DNA of 64,000 nucleotides from Clostridia bacterium (GTDB lineage: Bacteria; Bacillota; Clostridia; Christensenellales; CAG-138). The notes under the pieces were generated by a model. It saw only the letters and a list, made by a program, of their open reading frames with translations. It was not told where the DNA came from and searched no databases. The DNA lies in the NCBI GenBank assembly GCA_003246365.1, contig QKAN01000066.1:5333-69332 (forward strand), given 5' to 3'. Shown here one piece after another: positions 26,573-35,587 of this stretch (positions within the stretch are counted from its first letter, which is position 1; each line of letters opens with the position of its first letter). Position numbers and translations under genes: made by a program.

Positions 26573-27739
26573 TTAGTGGATCGATTTTGCAAATTCACTT
26601 GGCGAAACGCCGAACTTTGCTTTAAACTGCCGCGAATATTGCTGTACCGTCGAATATCTGAGCAGGGATGCAATCTCGGTAAAATTGCGCTCTCCCGCGC
26701 GGATGAGTGTTTTGCTCTCCTCCAGCTTTACACGGCGGATATACTCGCCCGGCGTAACAGAGAGCCGCTCCTGAAACAGCGCGCTTAAACGGGATGGGCT
26801 GACATTGCAGCTTTTTGCGACGGTTGGCACGGAAAGTTTCTCGTATACATGCGCCGAGATATAGCTCAGCGCCGCGTTGATGATTGCATTTTCGCTGTGC
26901 AGTGAGGCGGGCGTTTTTTGCCGGGGTTCCAACTTGTTCGCGTTTTGCAGGATGCCTAGCAGTAGCATCTGCAGCGAACAGATGATCAAATCTCCGCTGT
27001 ACGGTCCGTTCTTCTCCCGCTCTTCCAGCATGCGGCGCAGCAGACCAGCTTCTTCTAAATCCAGCCGGATGCGGCGGTTGGCGAGGCGGTCAACGCCGTC
27101 GCCGTCTAGCTCGAACGAAACCGTGATGAAGCTGACTTCAACGCCTTCTCCGGCAAATTGCATGTGCCAACTTCCCGCGCCGTAAATCATCATTTCGCCT
27201 TGCGAAAGAACCGTGTCCGCGCCGTCTACGACGTTATGTAACTCGCCCTTGTCTACATAGACAAGTTCCAGCAGGTCATGTGATTCACCCTTAAAGAAAA
27301 AGCCCTTTTCCTTTTGCTGATAAAACAACGTGTAGATATTACGCACGCTGAGGCGGTTTGTAATGTCGAGCCGGATCGATTCCGCATCCAGCGGATAAAG
27401 CGGCTGCCAGCGTCCTCCGGCAAGCGTTGCATGGCGTACCACGCACTCTTCTCGCGAGATAATGGCAAACAGCACGCCTGCGTTCAGGCGAACGGGCTTA
27501 TCCAGATAAAAGTATTCCAGCGGCTCATCCTGCCGGGACGCCGCGAGAACGGCGATTCCTGTTTCGATATCAAGGCAAGTCAGCGCGCCCTCCGCGCGAT
27601 AGAGCCAAACGTCGCCGGGCTGATAGGTTTTACGCTCAACGATCCATTCCGGCTCCTGCGGAAATCCGTTTTGCGCATCGGATTCCGGCAAAATCTGCCC
27701 GAACGCGGCGAACGTGAATTTATTCAGATTTTGAATCAT
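26573..27739 (-). CDS. AraC-family transcriptional regulator
   Basis: Start set to MIQNLNK at 27739 (GGAGGG RBS). C-terminal AraC HTH (VAKSCNVSPSRLSALFQERLSVTPGEYIRR ... IASLLRYSTVQQYSRQFKAKFGVSPSEF). 23 nt upstream of the YhcH gene. Confidence 0.8.
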   Translation of the reverse strand: MIQNLNKFTFAAFGQILPESDAQNGFPQEPEWIVERKTYQPGDVWLYRAEGALTCLDIETGIAVLAASRQDEPLEYFYLDKPVRLNAGVLFAIISREECVVRHATLAGGRWQPLYPLDAESIRLDITNRLSVRNIYTLFYQQKEKGFFFKGESHDLLELVYVDKGELHNVVDGADTVLSQGEMMIYGAGSWHMQFAGEGVEVSFITVSFELDGDGVDRLANRRIRLDLEEAGLLRRMLEEREKNGPYSGDLIICSLQMLLLGILQNANKLEPRQKTPASLHSENAIINAALSYISAHVYEKLSVPTVAKSCNVSPSRLSALFQERLSVTPGEYIRRVKLEESKTLIRAGERNFTEIASLLRYSTVQQYSRQFKAKFGVSPSEFAKSIH

Positions 27740-27849
27740 GCCGCCCTCCGATCGCGTTGTTGTTATCTGTTTCATTATACCGCGCCGCGGGGTCGACCGC
27801 CATGATTGTGTTTCTGTCTTTTCTTGTTTACTCCAGCGTATATGCTGTT

Positions 27850-28914
27850 TTACTTTTTCGCGCAGTCAAGCACGATTTGGTTCAGCCGCGGCATATGCCG
27901 GCGGATATCCGCCGCCAGCGCAAACTGCGTCTGGCAGCGAATCAGGTTGTGATCCTCGCGCTTGATTTTAAAATAGTGGTCGCCTTCCAGATAGTCCGTT
28001 AAAAACCGTACGCCGCATTCCAGCGTCATGGTAAACGCACCGAGCGGCAGCGTTTCAATTTCCGTCGCCGTCAGATTGTCGCAGGCATCGAGGTATCCGC
28101 GGCTGTAAATTTCGAACAAATCCACATCCAGCCGCATGCGGCTCAGGTCTTCCTCATCTTCCGCAGCCGTTGCTGCACCAAAACGGATGGAATCTCCAAA
28201 GTCGTAGGCCGCGAGCCCCGGCATAACGGTGTCGAGATCGATAACGCAGAGCGCTTTACCGCTCTGTTGATCCATTAAAACGTTGTTGATCTTTGTGTCG
28301 TTGTGCGTTACGCGGGTCGGCAGCGCGCCGCTCATCCGAAGCGCCTGCAACTTTCCCGCTTCCTGTTCCAGTGAAAGCGCAAACTCAATTTCTTCGCGAA
28401 CACCGTCTGCGCGCCCCATGCTGTCCGCGGAAACGGCGCGGCGGAGTTTTTCATAACGATCCGGCGTGTTGTGAAAATTCGGAATGGTTTCGCAGAGCGT
28501 TTCCGCCGGAAACTGAGCCATTATACCCTGAAATCGGCCAAATGCGAATGCGCACTCGTAAAAATCCGAAGGTCGTTCAATCTTTTGCAGGCAGACGCTG
28601 TCAGTTACAAAATCATAAACGCGCCAGCAGTCGCCCGCCGGGTCTTCATAATACGGCGCGCCTGCATTCGTATAAACCAGCGCCATCGCCTCACGCGGAT
28701 GCGAAACGCGCGCACCGAGAAACGCGGTTACCGCGGCAATGTTCGACATAAGCCCCTTCACATCCGGAAACACATGGCGGTTGATCCGCTGCAATATGTA
28801 CTGTACACCCTCGTCGGTTTCGACACGGTAGGTATCGTTAATGTGTCCGCTGCCGTATGGTTCGCAAACGGTGACGCTTCCCTTTAAGGGAAATTGTTGT
28901 AACGCTTCTTTCAT
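27850..28914 (-). CDS. APH-fold sugar anomeric kinase, N-acetylhexosamine 1-kinase (NahK)-like
   Basis: Start probably MKEALQQF at 28914 (GAGG 8 nt upstream); an alternative ATG is at 28935. YGSGHINDTYRV, ILQRIN..VF and THNDTKINNVL..D blocks resemble NahK/LnpB-type kinases. Confidence 0.7.
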   Translation of the reverse strand: MKEALQQFPLKGSVTVCEPYGSGHINDTYRVETDEGVQYILQRINRHVFPDVKGLMSNIAAVTAFLGARVSHPREAMALVYTNAGAPYYEDPAGDCWRVYDFVTDSVCLQKIERPSDFYECAFAFGRFQGIMAQFPAETLCETIPNFHNTPDRYEKLRRAVSADSMGRADGVREEIEFALSLEQEAGKLQALRMSGALPTRVTHNDTKINNVLMDQQSGKALCVIDLDTVMPGLAAYDFGDSIRFGAATAAEDEEDLSRMRLDVDLFEIYSRGYLDACDNLTATEIETLPLGAFTMTLECGVRFLTDYLEGDHYFKIKREDHNLIRCQTQFALAADIRRHMPRLNQIVLDCAKK

Positions 28915-29050
28915 AAGAAAAACCTCATTCTTCATCTCTCATGCTCATCATAAACAGCATCATTTTTCTACGCAATGCGCGCGGCGTAATGCAGGAAATA
29001 CTGCCAAAAAGACGCGAGAAAATGATAATTTATATTAAAAAGCATCTTTC

Positions 29051-29085
29051 CAAAATACAAAAATACGACGCTTCGTTTGCGTCGT
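29051..29085 (-). terminator. rho-independent terminator of the GGDEF gene
   Basis: Stem ACGACGC / GCGTCGT. On the minus strand it is followed by ATTTTTGTATTTTG. Confidence 0.65.
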
Positions 29086-29132
29086 TTCAAAAAAGGCTTT
29101 TGATTGAGATTGGCTGGAATCGTGTTTGGTTG

Positions 29133-30263
29133 TCATCCCGCGGCAGACGTTTTGTTTTCGTACATCAGCGCATCCACATGCGCAATAAATTCATTTTTGT
29201 CCCAACCGGAATCCGGGTTGTAGACGGCATATCCGATGCTGAACTCCAACGTATACGGCCGATCCTGCGCGTTATTAAAGCGCAAAACGTTATCCCGAAT
29301 GCGGTTTGACATGTCCTTGAGCGTCGATTCCTCGGCGATTTCTGCCAGTATCACGAATTCATCCCCGCCGAAGCGCGCCAGAAAGTCCCCTTTTCGAATG
29401 CTGTCTTTCAATATGGCGGACGCATCCTTGAGCGCTTCATCTCCGGCAACATGGCCGAGCTTATCGTTGATCGACTTAAAGTGGTTGATATCCAGCATGA
29501 TGCACGAAAGCGGTTGTCTGTTCTTCGTCATTTTAAAACGATCCGTTAAAAAGGCATCCAGCAATCTGCGGTTATTTAGCCCAGTCAAATGATCCAGATG
29601 GCTTTGCGTGCTTTGCAAGTTTGAATGTACGAGAAAGATCGAAATGGTGATGCTGCTCCAAAGAACGGTTGTTCCGTATGCTTGCGTCTGCACAATAAAT
29701 CCAATGAACGGAGGCGCCATAAACATCAGCATGAGCACGAGCAGTTTTTTTGATATTTTCTTTCGATGAATTAATATCGATCCGGACGCATACAGCATCG
29801 GCCAGAAAGAAATCAGCGCAAGGAGCGGATACCATGCGCCTCTTTGGTAAATATTGGCGCTGTCGATCGTAAACCAAATCCCTGTCCATGGCGTAATCAG
29901 CGTAATCAATGAACTGATGGCGATCGGAATGCCGAATAAAATTGCTTCCTGTTTGAGACGTTTGGAATCATGGAACAATTGATAGTTAACAAAAAGCGCC
30001 CAAAACGCGGCAGGCAGCGGCGTAATCAAATATAAGAGAATGGTGACGATATAATACAAAATTCCGCTATAGGACGACACATATCCATCCAGCAGCCACG
30101 TAATCGACTCCAACACGAGCAACAGCAGATTGGACAGAATCAGCATTCGGAAAATCTTTAGATGTACCATCTGCCGCTCATTCATACTTCGGCTGGAAAA
30201 AAACATGATGATACAGATAAAGACCATAAAGAGGTTTAGATCAATATGCAAAAATACTTCCAT
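29133..30263 (-). CDS. membrane-bound diguanylate cyclase (polytopic N-terminal sensor plus GGDEF domain)
   Basis: 376 aa. About 7-8 hydrophobic helices, then LTGLNNRR ... RFGGDEFVIL (GGDEF active site). Confidence 0.85.
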   Translation of the reverse strand: MEVFLHIDLNLFMVFICIIMFFSSRSMNERQMVHLKIFRMLILSNLLLLVLESITWLLDGYVSSYSGILYYIVTILLYLITPLPAAFWALFVNYQLFHDSKRLKQEAILFGIPIAISSLITLITPWTGIWFTIDSANIYQRGAWYPLLALISFWPMLYASGSILIHRKKISKKLLVLMLMFMAPPFIGFIVQTQAYGTTVLWSSITISIFLVHSNLQSTQSHLDHLTGLNNRRLLDAFLTDRFKMTKNRQPLSCIMLDINHFKSINDKLGHVAGDEALKDASAILKDSIRKGDFLARFGGDEFVILAEIAEESTLKDMSNRIRDNVLRFNNAQDRPYTLEFSIGYAVYNPDSGWDKNEFIAHVDALMYENKTSAAG

Positions 30264-30312
30264 ACCCCAATATCCTTTTCCCCAAATAAGTCAACCGCTC
30301 CCTATTACAACT

Positions 30313-30341
30313 ATCATATCGGGTACTTTTCGCGCTGTCAA
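30313..30341 (-). promoter_or_regulatory. sigma-A-type promoter of the GGDEF gene
   Basis: Read on the minus strand: TTGACA (30341..30336), a 17-nt spacer, then TATGAT (30318..30313). Confidence 0.45.
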
Positions 30342-30389
30342 TTGAGGGAATTTTGCTTGAAAACCGCATGGTTTCCGGGAAAATCGATC

Positions 30390-31922
30390 TCATTCAAACG
30401 CCATGCCATCCACATATTTTTCCATGAAATATGGTTCTCTGGATAGATCCAAAACGGTTGCATCGCGCAGCAAATAGTCGTATTTGTGCCGGAGCGAACG
30501 ATCCAGCAGCATCATGGCCGAGCCGGTGAGCGCCGCGTTTCCGATCACTTGCGCAACACCAATCAGCCCGCTCGGAAACAGCCCGATTGCGGCCGCGCTC
30601 TCCAGATCGATATATGCCCCAAACCCGCCTGCTAGATAAAACACGTCGATCTGCTCCAATCTTAATTGCGCCAGATGCAGCAGTGTTAAGATGCCCGCAC
30701 AGATCGCACTCTTTGCCAGTTGGACGGAACGGATGTCTTTTTGCGTTAGATAGATCTCTCCGGCTAATTGCGCCGCCGGTACATCGTTTACCGTCATATC
30801 CGGCTGAACCAGTCGTCCCGTTTCGTCAACGCGCCCGGATAACAACAGCGCCGCGATTGCGTCGATGATGCCACTTCCGCAGATGCCGATTGGCGCGCCG
30901 TCCAGAATCGTATGAACGCCGAGTTTTTCTCCCTCTACCCATACTTTGTCGATCGCGCCGCCAACGCCCGCGCAACCGCAAGCAATCTCGGCGCCTTCAA
31001 AAGCGGGGCCTGCCGCCGTTGCGCAGCAAAATAGCCGCCCGTTGTGCCAAAGCGCCATCTCTCCGTTTGTGCCGATGTCTACCAGCAGAGCGGTTTTGTC
31101 CTGATCCAGCATGCCGCTGGCGAGTACAGCGGTTGTGATGTCCGCGCCGACGAAAGCGGATGTGCACGTTGGCAAAAAACACGCAGAGGAAAAAGAAAAG
31201 CCTGCCTGCCGCGCGTCAATCTCTTCTCCAAACAGAAAATCCGCTTGAAACGGCGCATGCGAAAGCGCTTCGGGGTTTCGCCCTGTCAGAAAATAGAGCA
31301 TGCTCGTGTTGCCCGTTAGCACCATCGCATCGATTTCATTCCGTTTGATTCCCTGGCTGTCCGCTAGTTCATCCAGCAGCGTTTCAATTCCGCCGACGAG
31401 AGCGCGCTGCAGCTGTTGCGCCTTTCCGGAGAGCGCTACTCCAATTCTCGACATCACGTCCGCACCGAATACCTCCTGCGGATTCTTCGCGCCCGCCTCA
31501 CCGAGCAATCCTTTTTTGTTGTAAAGTTGCACGGCAAGCGTTGTCGTGCCGATATCTACCGCTGCGCCGTATTTAAGAAACCCCGGGTCGAAGTGTTCCG
31601 TCGTTCGCGCATCTCCGGTCGCAATTTGCGCCAGGCCCTGCCGCTGCAGCGTCACGCTGCAATCGCCCGCGATACGCGCCCTGCAGGCGAGGCGTACGCC
31701 TCGCTCGATCGCCGCGTCTCCTATCAGGTTTATCTCCCTATCGTCCGGCGGTTCCAAGGCTCCGGCGGCGACAACGCGGCATTTTCCGCAGGTGCCCCTG
31801 CCGCCGCATGGCTGCGCGGGCGCATCCGCAACGCCTTGCAGCGCGTCCGAAATCGTCTGTCCTGTTTCACAGGACAATATCTGCGTTTGATCTCCGGTTG
31901 TAACGTTGATTTTACATATCAT
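30390..31922 (-). CDS. RACo-like protein: plant-type 2Fe-2S ferredoxin domain fused to an ASKHA ATPase (DUF4445), a putative reductive activator of corrinoid proteins
   Basis: 510 aa with a GAGGTG RBS. N-terminal CGGRGTCGKCRV ... LACRA cysteine pattern, followed by an actin/HSP70-like ATPase (AVDIGTTTLAV, LLVDIGTNGEM). Confidence 0.75.
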   Translation of the reverse strand: MICKINVTTGDQTQILSCETGQTISDALQGVADAPAQPCGGRGTCGKCRVVAAGALEPPDDREINLIGDAAIERGVRLACRARIAGDCSVTLQRQGLAQIATGDARTTEHFDPGFLKYGAAVDIGTTTLAVQLYNKKGLLGEAGAKNPQEVFGADVMSRIGVALSGKAQQLQRALVGGIETLLDELADSQGIKRNEIDAMVLTGNTSMLYFLTGRNPEALSHAPFQADFLFGEEIDARQAGFSFSSACFLPTCTSAFVGADITTAVLASGMLDQDKTALLVDIGTNGEMALWHNGRLFCCATAAGPAFEGAEIACGCAGVGGAIDKVWVEGEKLGVHTILDGAPIGICGSGIIDAIAALLLSGRVDETGRLVQPDMTVNDVPAAQLAGEIYLTQKDIRSVQLAKSAICAGILTLLHLAQLRLEQIDVFYLAGGFGAYIDLESAAAIGLFPSGLIGVAQVIGNAALTGSAMMLLDRSLRHKYDYLLRDATVLDLSREPYFMEKYVDGMAFE

Positions 31923-31931
31923 AGAAACACC

Positions 31932-32471
31932 TCAATACAGCAGCATCCCGAAGTAGGTTACCGTGTTTTGTCCGTTGATATATGGCAGAGCGCAAACGCG
32001 CGCCAGCGACGAAACGTCGACGCCGCACGCTTCCAGAGACGTGATCGCCCGATCCGGAAAGCGACAAGGCAGTCCCTCCGGTTTTGTGCATGTTTCGCAA
32101 ACGCCGCAAGCACCCGCGCCAAGAACCATGCTCTTTTCTGTTCGATCGCACCATTTTGTCTGTATCTGCTGCGTCAGCCGGTTGTGTGTAAGGGAGGCGG
32201 CGTGCATGCCTTCGATATCATAGGAGTCTTCCAGTGTTGAGATGGTTTGATACACGATTGCATGTCGAAATGAGCGCACGCGGGCAATCAACGCGTCGAT
32301 CTCTCCCGCATCCGGCGGGCAGGTCCAGCAACGGTTATAATAACCGCAGGCATTCTGCACGCAAGCAGCGCGAAAATCAGCGGAAAAAGGGATTTCTTCC
32401 GTTCGGACAGCAGCCGCACGCGCAGCTCCCATCGCTTCGATTTCGCGAACAAATTGTTCTTCTGCCGTCAT
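31932..32471 (-). CDS. DUF2284-like predicted metal-binding protein
   Basis: Start set to the ATG at 32471 (GAAAGGG RBS). Cys-rich blocks ACVQNACGYYNRCWTCPP and GAGACGVCETC. 9 nt upstream of the RACo-like gene. Confidence 0.6.
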   Translation of the reverse strand: MTAEEQFVREIEAMGAARAAAVRTEEIPFSADFRAACVQNACGYYNRCWTCPPDAGEIDALIARVRSFRHAIVYQTISTLEDSYDIEGMHAASLTHNRLTQQIQTKWCDRTEKSMVLGAGACGVCETCTKPEGLPCRFPDRAITSLEACGVDVSSLARVCALPYINGQNTVTYFGMLLY

Positions 32472-32631
32472 GCTTGCCCTTTCACTACTCATGCTACATT
32501 TTTGAATGCTAACACAATTAAGAATATACGCCATCAAGCGCTGTCACGTTCTATTTTATCATGAATGTACGATTTGGCTACCCACCATGCCATTCACCAT
32601 AACGAAAGCATTGCCAATTATCATCATTCCT

Positions 32632-32662
32632 AAAAAAACACCGACAGGAAATATCCCGTCGG
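32632..32662 (-). terminator. rho-independent terminator of the MFS gene
   Basis: Stem CCGACAGG / CCCGTCGG with a T-run on the minus strand (plus-strand AAAAAAA at 32632..32638). Confidence 0.6.
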
Positions 32663-32730
32663 CAATTTATGTGTCATTATCTCTAATTAAAAATTGAATC
32701 ATACTATTTCATCGAATACTGCTCTTCTCT

Positions 32731-33966
32731 TCAGTCGCCGTTTGCCAGCGCTTCAAACTCCGCTTTTCTGGGCTCTTTTACCAGAATCGCCACCGCCAAG
32801 TTGACCAGCGAAAGCGCCGCAACAGTGTAGAAAATATACTGCGAACCAATCGAAATCCAGATGATGCCGCCGGTCACTGCAACAATGATGGATACGACGT
32901 GGTCCATCATCATCGCGAGCGAAAGCGTGGGTGTAACGTCCGCATCCGATATTGCAATTGATTTTAGATACACCGTTCGTATGATGCCCATTTGAGACGA
33001 AAGCCGGTCCGTCACAAACAAAGCGCAAGTTAGAATGACAGGAAACCCGACCGTTGCCAATGCGCCGCTGTTAAACGACTGCGCCAGCAGCCCATAGCAA
33101 AGATATACGCCGATAAACGATAACGCGTCGGCATACAGCAATTTTTTTACGCCGAATCGATCAATCCATTTGCCGAGCTGCGGCATGAAAAACATGCCAA
33201 GCGTAGACGCGATAATACCGAGCAAAACGATGGTATCAACCTGCTGACCCAGCGTTTCGATTAAGACCCACGGCCCAAACACCATGATCACCTGCTTCTG
33301 AACGCCAAATACGACAGCCAGCAAATAGTAATACTTATACTCTTTTCGGAAAATAAGCTTAACTTTTTCGCGTTTTCTGCGTACCTGCCCAACATCGAGC
33401 TTCAGCTTAATCAACAGCAGCATTGCCAGCAGGTAGAACGCAGCGGAAACGACAAACGTCAACTTTGTCTTGTGTAAAAAACTGAAAACGCCAAACCGGA
33501 ACAGGAAAAACACCACGAGTCCCGCAACCGTCAGGCAGGCAAAGGTTAGTCCGCCGAACTGCCCCATACGCTTGCCGAGCTGATCCGGTTCCGCCAGCGA
33601 CATGCCAATGCTGTCCCTTAGCGGCATATAGAGATGCGTTCCGACAGAAGTTGTAAACAGGAAAATCAACATTACGCCGAACGACGGTGTAAAAAATCCG
33701 AGCACAAACAAGCTGAACGCCGCAATTCCCTGCGCGATGAATGCAAGCGTGATATCGCCGAGAAACGAAACCGCGCTGATCAGGAAAAACACAATCACGC
33801 CGGGCAGTTCGCGCGGAAACTCGATCAATCCGCGTTGAAATGCATTTACATTATAAACATCTCTGAAATAGTTTGAAAACAAACCATCGCTGAACCCCAG
33901 CGCCAATGATACCGTCGCAATGACGAAGAAGAATAATACTAGATCCTTTTTCTGCTTTTCCGACAT
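32731..33966 (-). CDS. MFS transporter
   Basis: Start set to MSEKQKK at 33966 (GGGAAAGG RBS). About 12 predicted hydrophobic helices. Confidence 0.75.
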   Translation of the reverse strand: MSEKQKKDLVLFFFVIATVSLALGFSDGLFSNYFRDVYNVNAFQRGLIEFPRELPGVIVFFLISAVSFLGDITLAFIAQGIAAFSLFVLGFFTPSFGVMLIFLFTTSVGTHLYMPLRDSIGMSLAEPDQLGKRMGQFGGLTFACLTVAGLVVFFLFRFGVFSFLHKTKLTFVVSAAFYLLAMLLLIKLKLDVGQVRRKREKVKLIFRKEYKYYYLLAVVFGVQKQVIMVFGPWVLIETLGQQVDTIVLLGIIASTLGMFFMPQLGKWIDRFGVKKLLYADALSFIGVYLCYGLLAQSFNSGALATVGFPVILTCALFVTDRLSSQMGIIRTVYLKSIAISDADVTPTLSLAMMMDHVVSIIVAVTGGIIWISIGSQYIFYTVAALSLVNLAVAILVKEPRKAEFEALANGD

Positions 33967-34256
33967 GGATATACCTTTCCCGGCAAACGAAACCGTCTGC
34001 TCCATTCCCCCTATCTTACCACAGTGATGTCCCAGTTAAAAGCGATTTACCGATAAACGAAAGCGCATTCGAGCCGAATGGTGATGCGTGCAGTCGATCC
34101 GTGGAATTTTTTTCTCTGTAAAACCGAATATAATTGACTTGGCCAAATTACCGCCGGTTATCAACAGCCGTTATCCCGTTTTATATCGTCAAGAATCACA
34201 GGAAAGTGTTGTATAATAGTATGCAAGACCGTTGATTGAATCCGGGAGGTAAACGG

Positions 34257-35537
34257 ATGAAAAAACTCATAACCGGTAGAATTCACTATTTTGATCCGGC
34301 GAATCAAATTGTTTTCCAGATTACGCTCGGCGGTGCTCCCAATCAGGCCGATTTGATCGCGGCGATTCAAAAAGCCGTTCGGCAGCACGCAATATCGCGA
34401 TTAGGAATTGTGCTTGACGACAAAGGAGACAGCTTCTTTCAAGATATACCGCAGAGAGATGTCTCCGTTTCGGTATATAACGCTGCCTGTGATTTGCCAA
34501 ATCTGATCAGCGAGCAACACAAAATTCCATTCGATGTTGCAAGCGGCGAATTTTTTCGTTTCTTTTTGTATCTGCTTCCGCAGTCGACGCAAATCGTGAT
34601 CGTGTCTCATCATTTGGCGGGAGACGGGCTTTCTATGCTCTATCTCATCCGCGATATTCTCTCGACACTGGCAAGGCCGGATGAGAATCTTCCTGAAAAA
34701 TCGCTTCAAACAATGGAAGATTTCGGATATCCGGACGATTCCTCGCTTGTCCCGTTTGCCAAATTGATTCTGAATCGCATCAACAAAAGCTGGAACAAAC
34801 GGAAAAAGGTGTTTACACACGACGAGTATTTGCGCATGTACGATTCTTACTGGCGCGATCACGCGCTCGAATTGGAGTACGCCGAACTATCCGGCGCGGA
34901 TTTGCGCGCGTTCCAGCTCAGGTGCAAAGCAAACGGCGTATCTATCAACAGCGCGATCACCGCGGCGCTGCTTCAGGCGTTGGGGACGGATAAAGTCGGC
35001 ATGGCGGTTAGCGTCCGCCCGAGCGACCATGAAGGACTTGGCAATTATGCCAGCGGACTTTCCGTGCGCTGCCCCTGGAATGAAAAGATCGCATTTTGGA
35101 CGCATACCAAGACAATTCATCAAACAATACATCAAAAACTGCATGATAATCGCAGAAAATACTATGTGCTTCGTTCATTGGAGCGGCTTGAACCCACCCT
35201 GATCGACGCTATGTATTTTAGTATGTACACGGATTATTCGAATAAAACCGCTGAAAAAATGGCTGTTCTTTCAAAATACAGAGGGAACCAACAACACACG
35301 ACGAGCATTACGAATCTGGCGAAGCTGCGCATTCCCTCCGTATATGGCAAATACAGGATCGACGAGATTCTGTTTGTCCCCCCTTTGATTGCAACAAGCA
35401 AATCCATGCTCGGCGTGGTTACGGTTGAAGACAAAATGTCGCTCACGTTTCAATATGTAAAAAACGACCGTTCCGGCTTTTTTGAGCATGCTCTTGCCGA
35501 AACGATCCAAATTATAAAAAATAATTGTACTGAATAA
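34257..35537 (+). CDS. stand-alone condensation-domain / HHxxxDG acyltransferase-family protein
   Basis: Start at ATG 34257 (GGGAGG RBS). VSHHLAGDGLS matches the HHxxxDG catalytic motif of NRPS C-domains, PapA5 and alcohol acyltransferases. About 426 aa, the size of a single domain. Confidence 0.6.
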   Translation: MKKLITGRIHYFDPANQIVFQITLGGAPNQADLIAAIQKAVRQHAISRLGIVLDDKGDSFFQDIPQRDVSVSVYNAACDLPNLISEQHKIPFDVASGEFFRFFLYLLPQSTQIVIVSHHLAGDGLSMLYLIRDILSTLARPDENLPEKSLQTMEDFGYPDDSSLVPFAKLILNRINKSWNKRKKVFTHDEYLRMYDSYWRDHALELEYAELSGADLRAFQLRCKANGVSINSAITAALLQALGTDKVGMAVSVRPSDHEGLGNYASGLSVRCPWNEKIAFWTHTKTIHQTIHQKLHDNRRKYYVLRSLERLEPTLIDAMYFSMYTDYSNKTAEKMAVLSKYRGNQQHTTSITNLAKLRIPSVYGKYRIDEILFVPPLIATSKSMLGVVTVEDKMSLTFQYVKNDRSGFFEHALAETIQIIKNNCTE

Positions 35538-35587
35538 CTCTTCTCAGGATTGCAAATGCATCGGTTTGTCTTCTGCGCCTGATCTCT

